Origin: Chrysemys picta bellii
Lineage: Eukaryota
Direction: 5' to 3'
Length of the DNA stretch: 64,000 nucleotides
Assembly: GCF_011386835.1 (NCBI RefSeq)
Contig: NC_088795.1
Coordinates: 29,140,001 to 29,204,000 of the forward strand
A program made the position numbers and the translations under genes. A model generated the notes under the pieces. That model saw only the letters and a program-made list of their open reading frames with translations. It ran no database searches and was not told where the DNA came from. Positions 48,576 through 61,499 of this stretch are shown piece after piece (positions within the stretch are counted from its first letter, which is position 1; each line of letters opens with the position of its first letter).

Positions 48576-51073
48576 AATAAACACAGTATTAGAGTCTATA
48601 TCTACTACTCCAAACCAATAATTTAGTGAGGAGGACAGAATAGAATAGAATTTCAGAATAGAAAAGGGAACACAGGAAGTCTCTGAACAAAAGAAACTAA
48701 GGCAATAAATGGACTGTTTCAGAAATAAGATCGGATTATGCCTCAAAGAGGCTATAGAGAATTTTAGCATATACATGGAGCACCTGAACAAGCCTACAAA
48801 TGGGATATTGGAAAGCAGGAAAGGGAGCAGTATTACAATTGTTGGATCCAAGATGTTTGCTCTGCTGAATATCTTGGGGCACCAGGAAAAAAAAAACCAG
48901 AAGCAACTAATTTGAATGTTCTTATTTAAGTGTGAAGAGATTTTTATTAATCCAAAACTGAAAGATATTGTTCCCAAGACTGTAAAAAAACAAGTTTTGA
49001 CCCGTGTATTTTATAGCAAGTTGAAAGGTTTGGTTTCCATGTGCATGTTAGAACATCTGAGATTTCAATTTACTTGCAGAATTATTTAGCACTAAACTGT
49101 GCAGCACTTTGCTAAGTGTGGCTTACGGGGGAAAGTTATCTTGGCCAAAATCTCTGAATATGGTGAATCATTTTGAAAGTCTGGACAAAGAATGCAAAAA
49201 TATTGCTGTTCTCAAGCAGTCTAGATAGATTATATGGGCACCTTGGGGGACTGTTGTTCAGAGAAAGGACATGATACACAAATCACCAGAAACACCAAAA
49301 TAGGTAGCCTTCAAAATCAGTGAGAAACAGGTTTTTGTTTCCTTTAGCTGATTCAAGATTGTCTACCCTAGTCAAAGCTAAGCAGCATATTTAAGAAATT
49401 CCACCATTGGCGTAGTAGATGGAAAATACTGAAGGACTATATAAAAGAGTGTGAGATCATCGGTGACAACTGACACAGAGCTGCCTCTCACTGTCTGTAT
49501 GTACAGCACCTAGCACAATGGGGCCCCAGTCTCAATTGGAACATATACATAATAGTGTAATAATACTAATGAATTTTCCCGGTGCCAGTTAATTACTGTG
49601 GAAAATTCATTTCATGATTGTCTACTCTGTTAAAATCACTGATGGAATTATTATAAAAAGGTGAAAATGTGGGAATTAGGAGGTATTGACAGAAAAAAAT
49701 GGATGCAGTTAAACACATGTTGTCAGTTGCACAGGTGTAAGTGCAATGGGACCCCACTTTACCTGTGATCTTGACTTGCGACACCTCTCCAGTTGGAGTA
49801 GGAATTATCTCATATAGATTGGCAGAGGGCAGTGAGAAGCCAACTGCACATAAATCATGCACAGCTACAAAAACTGAAAGAAATGATGCACAGATTAAGA
49901 AAGAGGCCTGAGGTACAGTATTAGGATAATGGAATTACACAGATACTAGCCCGGAAATTTTATTTGACAACTAACCATAAAGCCTTACTGAAATCTTAAG
50001 ATCTTATTCCTATTACTTGCATCCTCCCTCTCTCTCATTCTCTTGTATTAGTTGTTACACTCACTTGCTGTGTTTTGTCTTAAAATGGATTGTAAACTTC
50101 TCAAAGCAAGGGTAATGTAACATGTACAGGGCCTAGCACAGTGGGGCCTTGATCCTGGTTTGTGCCTCTAAGCATTGCTCTAATACAAATACACACAAAC
50201 AACAATAATGTTAAAACTAGGATAGCTTCACAAGGAGCTACTGTAATTCAGCATTGGTCTTTGATATGGTCAGCAAGTTATTATGGCACTTATGAAAAAT
50301 TGTTTTTTGCAGCCTAGCCATTCAGATACTCTTATCAAAGTCATCAAGTGAAATTCAGGCACCAGACTATAATCTGATATGCAGTTTCCTTCCTTCTGCA
50401 GCCAGTTGTCATCCTTAATCAGAATGGGGATGGAGGAGATAAAGAGCAGAACTTGGTTATCATGTGAAGGTAAATACAGTTGTTGATTCAATAATGTATT
50501 TACTTGAAATAAATGGGAAATGTAGCTCAGACGCTAGCTAATTGCAAAAAAGATTTCGCAGAGTCCAGAGTGACAGTGTCAGGTTGACATCTTTTCAGTA
50601 ATAGCACAGCTAAAAACTTAAGTGTTGTTATTGAATAAAACCATTAATCTGCAGCAAGCCAGGAGTCTCCAGCTATTACACCTAATGTACTAAAAAGTAC
50701 ACAGTACTAAATAAATTGATGATATGAAGGGGAAAATATTGTATTCAGTGAAGCAGTTTTTATTTGTTGAATGAAACTTTCACTTGGGTGGGGAACATAT
50801 GGCATACGTAACACCCACGAACATGTTAATTAGTTCTTGCAAGTTGCTGCCATACACAGTGTCCTAACAGATCAGCGCTTGAACATTTATTCTGACACTG
50901 TTATGCTGCTGACTTGTGTATCACTGGTTGAGTGTACTGTGACTCTTTGCTCTACAGGGCATTTTGGGGTCTGAAATAGACATTTCTCTGTTCTATATTT
51001 ATTCAGGTACTTGAAATTTATAATAGAGATGTTAGGTTTCCAATTTGACTCAGGATGCTAATGTTGTTACCCC

Positions 51074-52341
51074 GGGGACAGATATAACAATATCCTGGAC
51101 AAAATTTATAGAACTAAGTTAAACCTTATTGAATTAAGTATTTTAGGAGTCCATTGTGTTAAAAAGGCAAACTTGCATGTACTATTGTGGTATTGTACAG
51201 AATTTCTTCAGGAGGAAGACAGGATTAATGCAATCTCTGGGACGTGTTAGGAACTTCAAAGGAATTTTTGGGACACTACATGTGATGTGCATTTCCTAGG
51301 AAACACTTGCAGGGAAGTGAATGCAAATGACCCACAGAGGATTGCATTTTTTTAATGCTTCTCCTTGAGCAGAAAGCCATTGTCAGGCTGATGAGCTATT
51401 CAAGCTCTCTTCAAAGCAAACTGGCTAAATGAAAAGAACGAGGAGTACTTATGGCACCTTAGAGACTAACAAATTTATTTGAGCATAAGCTTTCATGGGC
51501 TAAAACCCACTTCATCGGATGCATGCAGTGGAAAATACAGTAGGAAGATATATATACACAGAGAACATGAAAAAATGATTATCACTACAAAAGTTTTTTT
51601 CTCCTGCTGATAATAGCCTGCCTTAATTACTCTTGTTAGAGTTGGTATGGCAACACCCATTTTTTCATGTTCTCTGTGTATATATATATTCCTACTGTAT
51701 TTTCCACTGCATGCATCCGATGAAGTGGGTTTTAGCCCACAAAAGCTTATGCTCAAATAAATTTGTTAGTCTCTAAGGTGCCACAAGTACGCCTCGTTCT
51801 TTTTGCTGATACAGACTAACACAGCTGCTACTCTGAAACCTGGCTAAATGAGTGACTCACAGGAGGCATGAAGGTTCTTGTTCTGAGCAAAGGGTGTTAT
51901 GAACTTGAAACCCTGTGTGGGGTTTGAAGCACTGCTCACCTGCCAAAGCCCATGTTGGTGTTGGGGTAATCCTTGGTAAGCTTATTAGCCTGCATGCAGA
52001 TTCTTTTATTGTTTTTAATGTTTTATGTGCAATGCTTTATATCTTAAAATAAATATGCTTGCTTAGAAGGAACTGTGTGTAATTTATAACTGTTGGCAAT
52101 TATTCTGTTATCAGTCTCTGAAGAGAAGACAAAAGAAGCCTGCTTTGGCAGCCTGTCTTTTTCTGGGGATGCCACAGCATAGTCAGGGGATCATGACGTC
52201 TGGAAATACCCTCCTCAGAAGGGAGAGAGCTGTGTGTCTCCACCCCAGACAGACAATGTCTAGGGAGATGGAAGCCCAGAGTGGGTGCCCTTTCTGGGCC
52301 ACAGAAGGGGAATACATGTGGAGTTGCCTTGAACAGTGATA
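51074..52341. mobile_element. Solo LTR interrupted by a Penelope-like insertion
   Basis: Begins ggggacagatata (cf. tatgacagatatg at 56415) and ends agtgata. Flanks ACCCC / ATCCC. Shares ttcttttattgt..tttaat and gcttagaa..aactgtgtg blocks with 56415-57257. Confidence 0.65.
51433..51839. mobile_element. Penelope-like element end with inverted terminal duplication (about 144-bp arms)
   Basis: 51433-51577 is the near-exact reverse complement of 51658-51802. Flanked by the 12-bp direct repeat CTGGCTAAATGA (51421-51432, 51840-51851). Confidence 0.85.
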
Positions 52342-53640
52342 ATCCCAAGCACAATACACATGCAGGACATAACCAGAGAAGCATGAGGAGTAACAGCAGC
52401 TGTCCTAAGGATAGGTCGTCCAGAGGCCTTTATACTGCAGAGACAAGCACAAGGAGCTCTTCAAATTTAATAGGAGTGCTGCCCAAGTAAGCAATGTAGG
52501 CCATCAAAAATAAGAAGCTGTATTTTGTGTTAGATTTCTATGGGCATGTTATTAATGAGACCAAGTGTGCTCCGTTGTCACTCCACGACAACATCTATCA
52601 GCAAAAAACCCGGCATATATAACAATCATTTTGGTATAAAGCAATTGCAGTGTGTCTATTGCTCTGACAAAAATGTAACAATAGAGGCTAATTTTTCATA
52701 AAAGTGCAAAAGGCATCTGTGGAGACCAGAAGTTGTATGTTTTTCTCTATAAAACTAAAATTAAAAAGGGAGGGAGTGTAAATAATGCTTGAAAATAGAA
52801 CTGTGCTGGACTGAAAATGCAGCCACAGCAAAACGAGGGAGCGCAAAAATAAATTCAGTGATGACTACACAGTTGATTGTGCCCCGTTCAGCTAGTAATA
52901 TTCACAGTAATACACTAGGAAATAGGAGACAGTCTGAGGCAGGTAATAGTAGGGGAAAATCAGGGCACAGGTAGCTCTCACTTGAACCCAACTCAATGCT
53001 GATCTGGCCACACTGGGCCTAACGAACAAATAGTTCCTTCTCACAAGCAACAGGACAGAGGTACCTACCCAGACAACAATGTCAGTTATGGGGCACAATG
53101 GAATAGAAAGATAAGGGATAAGTAGCTATCCACTGCTCAATAGCCAACCAGTGAAAGATGCAGAAAGAGGCAATTCCCCTGAGAGGAGGAGGTCTCAGGG
53201 TACAGCTGGCAAACCAAGTATCCCGAAAATTCAGGTGCATACATCATTCCCCAATGCTGTGATCCCTTAGCAGTCCCAAGAGTTCTCCTCAGTGGCTGGG
53301 GTAGACTTTGCTTTAAAAAACTCTTGGAAACACATACAGGACACAGAAATAACAAACAACAAAATAACACTCATTAAAAACACAGCCACAGAGATGTGCA
53401 GAAAAATGTGTAATTGTACTAGATAGTAGCACTCAGAGGCCTCAGTCAGAATTGTGTGGTGGGTGCTGTACAGACAAAATAAAAGACAGTCGCTGCCTGG
53501 AAGACCATGTGGGGAGTTTATTTTTCAATTTCTATGAGGAAACAACAGTGACAGGTCATTATAAAATAAGAGACAAACTAAGAGAGGGTGAGAGAAAAAT
53601 CAGACAGAAAGAAAAGGAGTACTTAGGGCCTGCCTTGACA

Positions 53641-53742
53641 AAGCCCTGGCAGAGATGATTTAGTTGGGGTTGGTCCTGCTTTGAGCAGGGGATTGGACTA
53701 GATGACCTCCTGAGGTCTCTTCCAACCCTAATACTCTATGAT
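53641..53742 (+). mobile_element. CR1 LINE 3' end
   Basis: ggtcctgctttgagcaggggattggactagatgacctcctgaggtctcttccaaccctaatactctatgattc. Confidence 0.85.
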
Positions 53743-54249
53743 TCCTCCCAGGGGGACGACTTTGCATGAAGCAGCTCCAATACTATCCACCTTCAAGGAG
53801 AAAAACAAACAAAAAAAGGCATTGAAAGCACAGTTCACAATAACAGAAGCAAAGATTTATTAGGTAGCCAAAGTCACCACTTCAAGTACATAGGAATGCC
53901 TTTACCCTTTCCAGGCATTGAGCATGCCAGTGGTCTGCTGCCTGCTGACCTGCATTGGAGGTCTCCTCATAAGAGAAAGAGGGAATAGAAAGCACTTCCT
54001 ACATCAGAGGGGCTTGCACTTTTAGGTGACCCTGGATTCCTCCCTGTAGATCCTAGAAGAAATGAAGGAAATGAGAGAGAATGAAACCACTAGTGCAAAT
54101 TGAAAAATGGGGTCTAATGTAGAACCATTCCCCATAGCCAAACTCCCTTTGGCATGAGCAGGGCCCCCAGGATTGAGCTCCCGCTAGGTCAAACAGACAT
54201 TGAAAACCTCAAAAAACAAACAGGTGCCTTACCTCCTTAAGCCCCATCA

Positions 54250-55800
54250 CCCAGATGTGCATGTGCTCATCACAGAAGACGCCCGATCTCTGGGCCTGTA
54301 GATGGAGGGATAATTCCTTGTCTTCCTCCGACATGGTTCCAACAACAGCATGAGGGCATCATGTCTCAGGACATATTTGTGGTTAAATGTGTTTGACAGA
54401 ACAAATTGCTTAAACAAAACATTGACTCTCCAGGGGAGAGAAGATGGGGGCATGCCCTAATTGTGAAACGATGGAAAATCATCGATCCCAAATACAGTTG
54501 CATAGGCATTTGCTCTGAAAGCTGTGTAAGTGCCACAATGTGCACATATTCCAATGTCTGTCATACATCCTACTCTGTACTCTCTCTCTCTCTGTGCACC
54601 ACAGGTTATTTTGGAAGGAATGACACCTGGTGTATCAGAGTACATTCAGGTGTCTGGATTTCTCTAGGCATCTTTGCAATAACTTCTATATTGCCACATT
54701 CTCAGGAGACTTTATATTAAATATCATACTGGTGTGATAACAATATCAAGGACCATTGCTACAGTCAGACAGCTGCTAGTGCAGCTACTCCAGTCTTGGT
54801 TCCAAAGTGATGATTTATGATCCATTATCTATGTATCAGTACAGTTCTACCATGTGCAGTTCATATTTATGGGACATCCTCACTCCAAATACTATGCCTC
54901 AGTGCTTTCTACAGATCCACTTCTTTCAATTGCCTTTTAGGAGGTTAATAAATACACAGTCTACAACGAAGTATATGAGAACCCAGCTCCCACTACAAAA
55001 GGAGGTAGCTAGGATGTCATGTTGGGTTTTTAAGATGTTAGACAACTATATCTGGGTGATGACTGTACTTGTCTCTCGCTTGTCACAGAAAATCCTGCAT
55101 TATCATGCATTCTTTGGAAACATGCCTAAAGTTGAAATGTCATATATAGAACTCTGTGGTGAATGCTCAGTCCTAGAACAGGAAAACCCAACATAAGCTC
55201 ATATATTCACCCATTTTCCTGGCTGACTGTTGTGATGCAGTGTGTGATGACTTCTTGTTGCTAGCAAGCAGAGCCCTTCACATGCCACATAGACAGTCTG
55301 GAGTGGCAAAGTTATATCTCTGCATGCTCCATGTAAGGCGTTTCCAAATTATACTCAGTATCCAAAGTTCTTGTCCAAGTCAAATTTTCACCACAGGCTG
55401 CACTTATGCTTTAATCTCACTTCTCAGGTGTTCTAATGTACTACTAAACTCTCACATGAAATCCAAACCTTATAGACATATATCCTTCAGCACACACATT
55501 TTTCTTATTTGTTTCTAAAACGATGAGAACATTAAACTTGGTTTTACATGGTTTTCCTAGTGTCATAAGGTCCATCAGCAGAACAAATGTATTTGGGCCA
55601 ACTCTTTGATTGGAAGACATTTTGTGCACTTCTTCAATATTATTTGTAGATATCCCTCCATATGTTCTAAAATTCTTCGTTACTTCTTTAAAGTATGATC
55701 CAAATGCACTGCTGAAATAGGCTAGTGTCCTTTGTTCTCTATTGCTAGAGACCAGATGCAAAATTCTGCCTTGACACACATCCCATCCATGCAACCTCAT
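54250..55800 (-). mobile_element. Very old RTE-clade LINE remnant
   Basis: QRVGPNTFVLLMDLMT resembles the RTE motif QGSALSPxLFVLVMDxLT; downstream IFCDKR..TVI resembles GVLCDKR..TVIRP. Heavily decayed. Confidence 0.4.
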
Positions 55801-56414
55801 TGAAGACAGTGAGTTTCCAGGGTTGCATGTCAGGGCAGAATGTTTCCTGGTAGTTTCATTTGCTTTTCTAAAAAGTCATTGTTCCTTCCTCATCACCAAA
55901 TTGCTGTGGATAAATTCAAAAACACCAACTGTGCTTATTGACAAAGCTTACTTAAAATACAAGATCAAGATTAGCCATTCATGTAAACTTCCCAAAGCAC
56001 TCCACCTCCATGGAATATTGAGTGACAACATACCCAATCAGTGAAACAACAGAAGCATTACCATTGGTTGAATATACACCTGGAGGGCAAGACACATCTA
56101 AAACCATTGAGAGATGATTAAGATACAGGAAAACATTTAAGCATGTGTTTAACTAACAAACTGAATAGCTCCATTGACTTTGATAGAACTACTCACACAT
56201 GTACGTTTTTAGCTGCTTTCCTGGATTAAGACCCTCAACTTTTTGCAGATTACATGTGCACCACAATAAAAATAATAATAGAGTCAATGGCAGACAAAGT
56301 GAAGTCCTTTCAATGCTGTTTGTGAAAATGAAGCTGCTTATACTATGATTTCCTCTTTTAATTGAATTGCTTTTCCTGAATCTAGTTTAAAAAAGGAATG
56401 CATATAAAAGTTTA

Positions 56415-57257
56415 TATGACAGATATGGCAATTTCCTGCAATATCTTTGAGAGATCTGATTGAATTAAGCTTAAATAGCTTTGCAGTCCATTGTATTATA
56501 GATGCAAAGTTGATGTGCTATGTGGGTTTGTATGTCTCTATGGGGGAGATGTGGCCAATGTAAACACTGGGAAGGATTATGAGCTTCAAAGGACTATTTG
56601 AAACAATGTGCCATACAAGAATGAATTTTGGGACAAAGTTAAGTGCGTTTCCCAGGAAATCTCTAGGGGGAGGTGTGCACAAAGGTATCACCTTCAATTA
56701 TGCAAAAACTCAGCCTTTGGAAACTACACCCTGAGGAGGGCACCTTTGTCTGCTGATTACCTGTTCCTGGTATCTAAAGGTCAAAGGCCCAAGCTTTACA
56801 AAGGGGTGACTCTCAGATTCATGGAGGTGATTGTTCTGAGCCAGCAGCTGTTATGAACTTTTAACCACAGGAAAACCCCTTGGTGGAATTCAAAAGACGG
56901 ATCACTTGCCAGAGCCCTTTTTGGAGTTGAGGGGTGATCTCTGGTAAACCTATTAGCATGTGTGTAAGTTCTTTTATTGTGTTTTAATATGGTTTCTCTG
57001 TGATGCTCTCACATGAATGTACATGCTTAGAATGAACTGTGTGGTAACCTATAACTGTGGACAATTACACTGTTTATAGCCTCTGAGGAGAAAGCAAAAT
57101 GCAGACGCAGGCCATTTAGGCAGCGTGGTAAAACACTCCATCACCAGGGAGAAAGATGTGGGTCTCTTCCCAAGAGAGTTGATGGCTGAGAAGCTGGGAG
57201 CATAAACGTGGGTGCCACTGCTGGATCACGGAGGGGGAATGCAGGTGCACTGCGACA
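56415..57257. mobile_element. Solo LTR
   Basis: Termini tatgaca... / ...tgcgaca with a perfect 5-bp TSD GTTTA; related to 51074-52341. Confidence 0.8.
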
Positions 57258-58138
57258 GTTTACATTGCTCCAGAATAACTTTTTCACAATGTAATTGTTT
57301 TTAGTATACTCACTAAATTAGTCTGACACTCTATATGTTTCTGTGTATTTATGCTATTATGAAATGACTGTCTTTGGGCCCAAATCTGCAACCTAGCTGC
57401 TGCACCCTCCCCTCAAAATCCTATGTGATCTTCTGGGGCCTGATTCAAGTGAGTAAATCTCTCTTACATGAATAGATACCTTGAGGTGTTAGGACTTGTG
57501 TGAGTAAGGAATATTTTCATCACGTTTTTAATATGAATGGACCCTTTTTCATATTTTTTTAAAATTTAATTTAATTTAATTAAATGATTTTAGGAAACTT
57601 AGAAGAAAAATGGCCTTTATACCTGTGGATATGTGTTTAATTTCAGCATTTATTAAAATGTAGAATTTCATCAGTAAAAGAGTTAGGTGTATTAAATATG
57701 AATAGCATTAACCAGGGGGGAAATTCATGTTCCCTAAGTGGTTATGACTCATATCTTCCAAATATAGCAAACATACAGTATACCTCAGTAAAAGAGAATA
57801 TTAAGCATTCTCTCCACAGAAAGAGTTCAGATAGCCAACCTATGATCTAGAAGCTGATTAAAAAGACCTCAGGCCCCATCTTGTAAAACACATGCACCTG
57901 ATTCTCTTCTCATTTAACTGATTCAAAACAGGAGTAACTCACTGAAATCAATGGAGTTACTCCAGTGTTAAAATTGGTGAGAGGGAAGAATCAGGTCCTG
58001 TAGGTGTCCAAGAAATCTAGTAACTACCAGAAACTTTATGCAGTTTTTTAAAGAAATACTGCAATTTTACAAACACAAACACACACACACACTCCTCCAA
58101 CCCACTTAAAATACACCTATGATCTCAGTTTCCAAATA

Positions 58139-58311
58139 CACCTCTACCCCGATATAATGCTGTCCTCGGGAACCAAAAAATCTTACCGTGTTATAGGTGA
58201 AACCGCATTATATCGAACTTGCTTTGATTCGCCGGAGCACACAGCCCCGCCCCCCCGGAGCGCTGCTTTATCACGTTATATCCTAATTTGTGTTATATTG
58301 GGGTAGAGGTG
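58139..58311. mobile_element. Tc1/mariner (Tigger-like) MITE
   Basis: TA TSD; TIRs CACCTCTACCCCGATATAA / TTATATTGGGGTAGAGGTG. Confidence 0.92.
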
Positions 58312-59730
58312 TAATGCATTTTTAAAAATCCAAGCAAACCCCGGAATTCAATGTTGTGTTTTCTAAGACCTGGATTCCATTTGTCTTGCAACACCAGGCC
58401 AGGGTCAGTTAGAGAGTGAAGGAATGTGGCTCTGCATCCAACCTAAGATAAATGGGTACTGCTCCAGCCAGGCGAAGCATTTGGAGCCTGATCTTTTTGA
58501 CTGCAACAGCTTCCAAGGCGGGCCAACGGGAGTGGCGGGATTTGCAATGCAGCCAGTAGACCACAGACTGTACCACTCCTTACTGCTATATGTGTGAGGT
58601 GGTTTGGGTTAGCTATCAGGCCCCAGAAGATCACATAGGATTTTGAGGGGAGGGTGCAGCAGCTATGTAGCAGCCCCTTGAAACTGCCACTGGGGGGAAG
58701 CAGCCAGCCAGGACCCATTAAAGACTCCAGGAAGAGGAAGAAGAAGGGTGGAGACTTGAGGAACTCTTTCCCTACAGATTTGTGATGGCGAGTGCCTACA
58801 GCTGTAGTGGGGAAGGGCCTATGTAGGTCAGGAAGGGTCCTGTATTGGGATGGGGAGGGAGTGAAATCTCAAATATCATGAGGACAGTTGTTCTCATGAG
58901 AGGTTTTGCTTTTTTTGGTGCAGTAACTGGGATTCAGATTAGCATGGTCTGAGTCTTGATCTAAACATCACTATCTCAGTCCTCCTGCATTTCACAACAT
59001 TTTCTTGCAGCTTCTAGTTCCACCTCCAGTTCCCCCTCCAGTTCTGTAGGGACATTATTTTATTATGCTTAAAATGAGGAAGGTTTAATTCCTTTCACAA
59101 ACATTATATATATCCTCTGTTTCCTCCTTCAGATTTTATGATGTAAATAATTTACAATAAACAACATCAAGTTAGTGCATGACAGAGTAAATTGTAATGT
59201 AAATCTGTAATGAGGGCAGTATTTTGTAACAAAAGAGACTGCTGAGTGATAGAAGCAGAGCTGGGTGAATACTGCAAAAAATAATTGCACACATTAATTC
59301 AAACCAAAAGCAGGAATTTTGGAGACAGTATTTGCAACTCCTTTTATTTGCTTTCTGCAAATACTCATAATCAGGCAAGTTTTGTTCTCAAAAATATCTG
59401 CATAATGGGTCACACATGATTACACTCCTGGAAATGTTTCCTGGGTCATCTTAAAAGCCAAGGTCTTTGCGGGGATGGGAGTCATACAAGATAGAAACAT
59501 AGCTGACTGTACATAACTTGAACAGTAGATTATAAACAGCAAATACTAGAAGTACATTAGCAAGTAGTTTGCAAGCAACCATTTGCTGAAGAATTGTGAA
59601 TAATGAACAATTTTGTAAATAATGAACAAAGTCTGTTCACAGATCATTTGCTAACAGAAGAACGGGATTATTTGTCAAATATGTTGTTAATGGTTCACCC
59701 TGCTCTACGTAAGAATGCAAGTCCCCCACA

Positions 59731-59765
59731 CAAATAAATAAATAAATAGATAGATAGATAAAATA
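59731..59765. repeat. (AAAT)n(AGAT)n microsatellite
   Basis: Direct tetranucleotide runs. Confidence 0.85.
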
Positions 59766-59942
59766 AAGAAGTGTTCTTGTGAAGTCACAAGAATCAATTA
59801 TCCAGACTTACTACGTTTCCTTGATTTGGGCTCTTATCAATGACTTGTGTTTAAAGGGACAACAAAAACTTAAAAAATCATGTTTTAAAAATTGAATTTG
59901 AACAAATTTTGAAAAAAACATTTATTTTCACTATAATGTTTG

Positions 59943-60003
59943 GGTCTGATCCAAAGCCTATTGAAGAGACTCCCATTGACTTCAATGGGCTTTAGATCAG
60001 ACC
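59943..60003. repeat. Short palindromic element (representative copy)
   Basis: ggtctgatccaaagcctattgaag...cttcaatgggctttagatcagacc; many related copies across the window. Confidence 0.75.
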
Positions 60004-60546
60004 TTTTACATCCATTTGGCATTTCTCTCAGCTGGGACAATGAGAATCAGTGAAGTCAGCTTCTCAATGCCGCAATGCTTAGGCTGCAAATATTGCAGAC
60101 CACCGTTTATTGAGTGGGGCAGCTGCTCTGCAACCGTTGTCCTTGAGTACTTGCATTTTAGGTCCTTATTCCATATGTAGCGTCCTGACAGCGTGAAAGT
60201 ACTTCTGTCTACACTATTGGGTCAGTTGGAGTTCTACTCAGGAAAATTGGCTACTCCAGGGGAATACTGAACTTGCTCCTAGTATGGAGCAAATTCATAA
60301 TACTAAATGTCATTATGATTGTTTCTAGGTTTGGGCTATAAACATAGCTTTAATCTCCTCAGACAAGAGTAATTTCCCCCCAACTTTCATTAAAGACAGA
60401 GTCTGCATTTACTTCAAGTCAGTATTTGGCTGCTACTAAGGAATCATGTTGTGATTTTTTAGGGGGCGGGGGCAGTGTAAAAATCAATTGACATCCAAAC
60501 TCTTCTTCTCCTCAGCCAATTTGGTCAAAGAAAAGCATCCACTTAC

Positions 60547-60608
60547 CAGTCTCAGGAGAAGTTGTCTTTACAGAAAGAAGTTTGACACCCTCTTTATCTG
60601 TTGTGGCT
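60547..60608 (-). CDS. EMCN: Endomucin cytoplasmic exon (62 nt)
   Basis: aaaacag|A GCC ACA...ACT G|gtaagt gives (Q)ATTDKEGVKLLSVKTTSPET(G), matching EMCN SDKESVKLLTVKTISHESG (human, recalled). Confidence 0.95.
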
Positions 60609-61474
60609 CTGTTTTAGTTGGGAGACATTTGAACAGACAATTAGCATCAGACTTCTGCATATTTGTCAGTGCAGAAAGTACTAAGGGTATGATCCTGTAA
60701 CAGGATCCATCCTGGTGGAGTCTGCCATGTTGGGAATCCCCACTGACTTCAGTAGGGCTTTGCATGGGTACAAAGGTCTTCTTGCATCACTCTGATTGTA
60801 GGGCCTAAACCAACATTTCTCAAAGTGGGTGTGCAGAGGAGAGGGCTAATGGGAGAAGCTGCTGTGGGACGAGAGAAGCTTCCTTTTCTGCTCCTAATAC
60901 ACCTGGCCACAGAAGCAGCTCAAGCATACAGGGCTACAGGTACAAGAAGCAGCTCGCCAGCCAAGCTTTGGGTTTCTTCACTCAAAACACAGTTCAACTT
61001 CATGGATACATGTCTCGGCCCCACTGAGTCAGCAGCGGACCCTCCAGCCATCCCGAGAAGCATGTAGTCTGATGGATCTGTCTCAATTTTACTCTGTGGC
61101 AACACGTGTACAGCTCATCATGCCAATGCAGTCTAATTGAATTGAAGTGAATTAGTGAGTTAGGGAATGGGGAGGAGAGCAAAAGAAAAAAAAAGAAATA
61201 CAAAAATAAAAAACAATAAAAGAGAAACCAGAGAAAAAAGAAGGGAGATGGGAAAGAAAAGGAGAGAAAGAGGAAACGGACAGAAAAAAACAAAGAGGCA
61301 CAACTGTGCCCTGAGAGACACTCTCAAAATGGCATTTCCCCCTTTTGGGTATTTTTATGGGTGTTAACAGTTTATTATATTTCAGTGGAGAAAATTAAGA
61401 ACATGCAAAATTGCTGTCTTCATAAGAGCCACGTGACTAGACTTAAAGGAATGCAGGGGCATAGTTTAACTTAC

Positions 61475-61499
61475 TGTTCAGTTCCATTCTCTTGTCCCT
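61475..61499 (-). CDS. EMCN: Endomucin 25-nt exon
   Basis: tttcttcttctag|AG GGA CAA GAG AAT GGA ACT GAA CA|gtaagt gives (E)GQENGTE(Q); phases 1 to 2 fit both neighbouring exons. Confidence 0.92.

Noticed and set aside
55210-55225. 16-nt micro-exon candidate (VSQENG) for the EMCN ENG motif
   Set aside because: The true 25-nt exon with a strong acceptor and donor is at 61475-61499; the polypyrimidine tract here is poor.
51074-57257. Two related LTRs as the ends of one full-length LTR element
   Set aside because: Each has its own 5-bp TSD, they are clearly diverged, and the interval has no gag/pol; they are independent solo LTRs.
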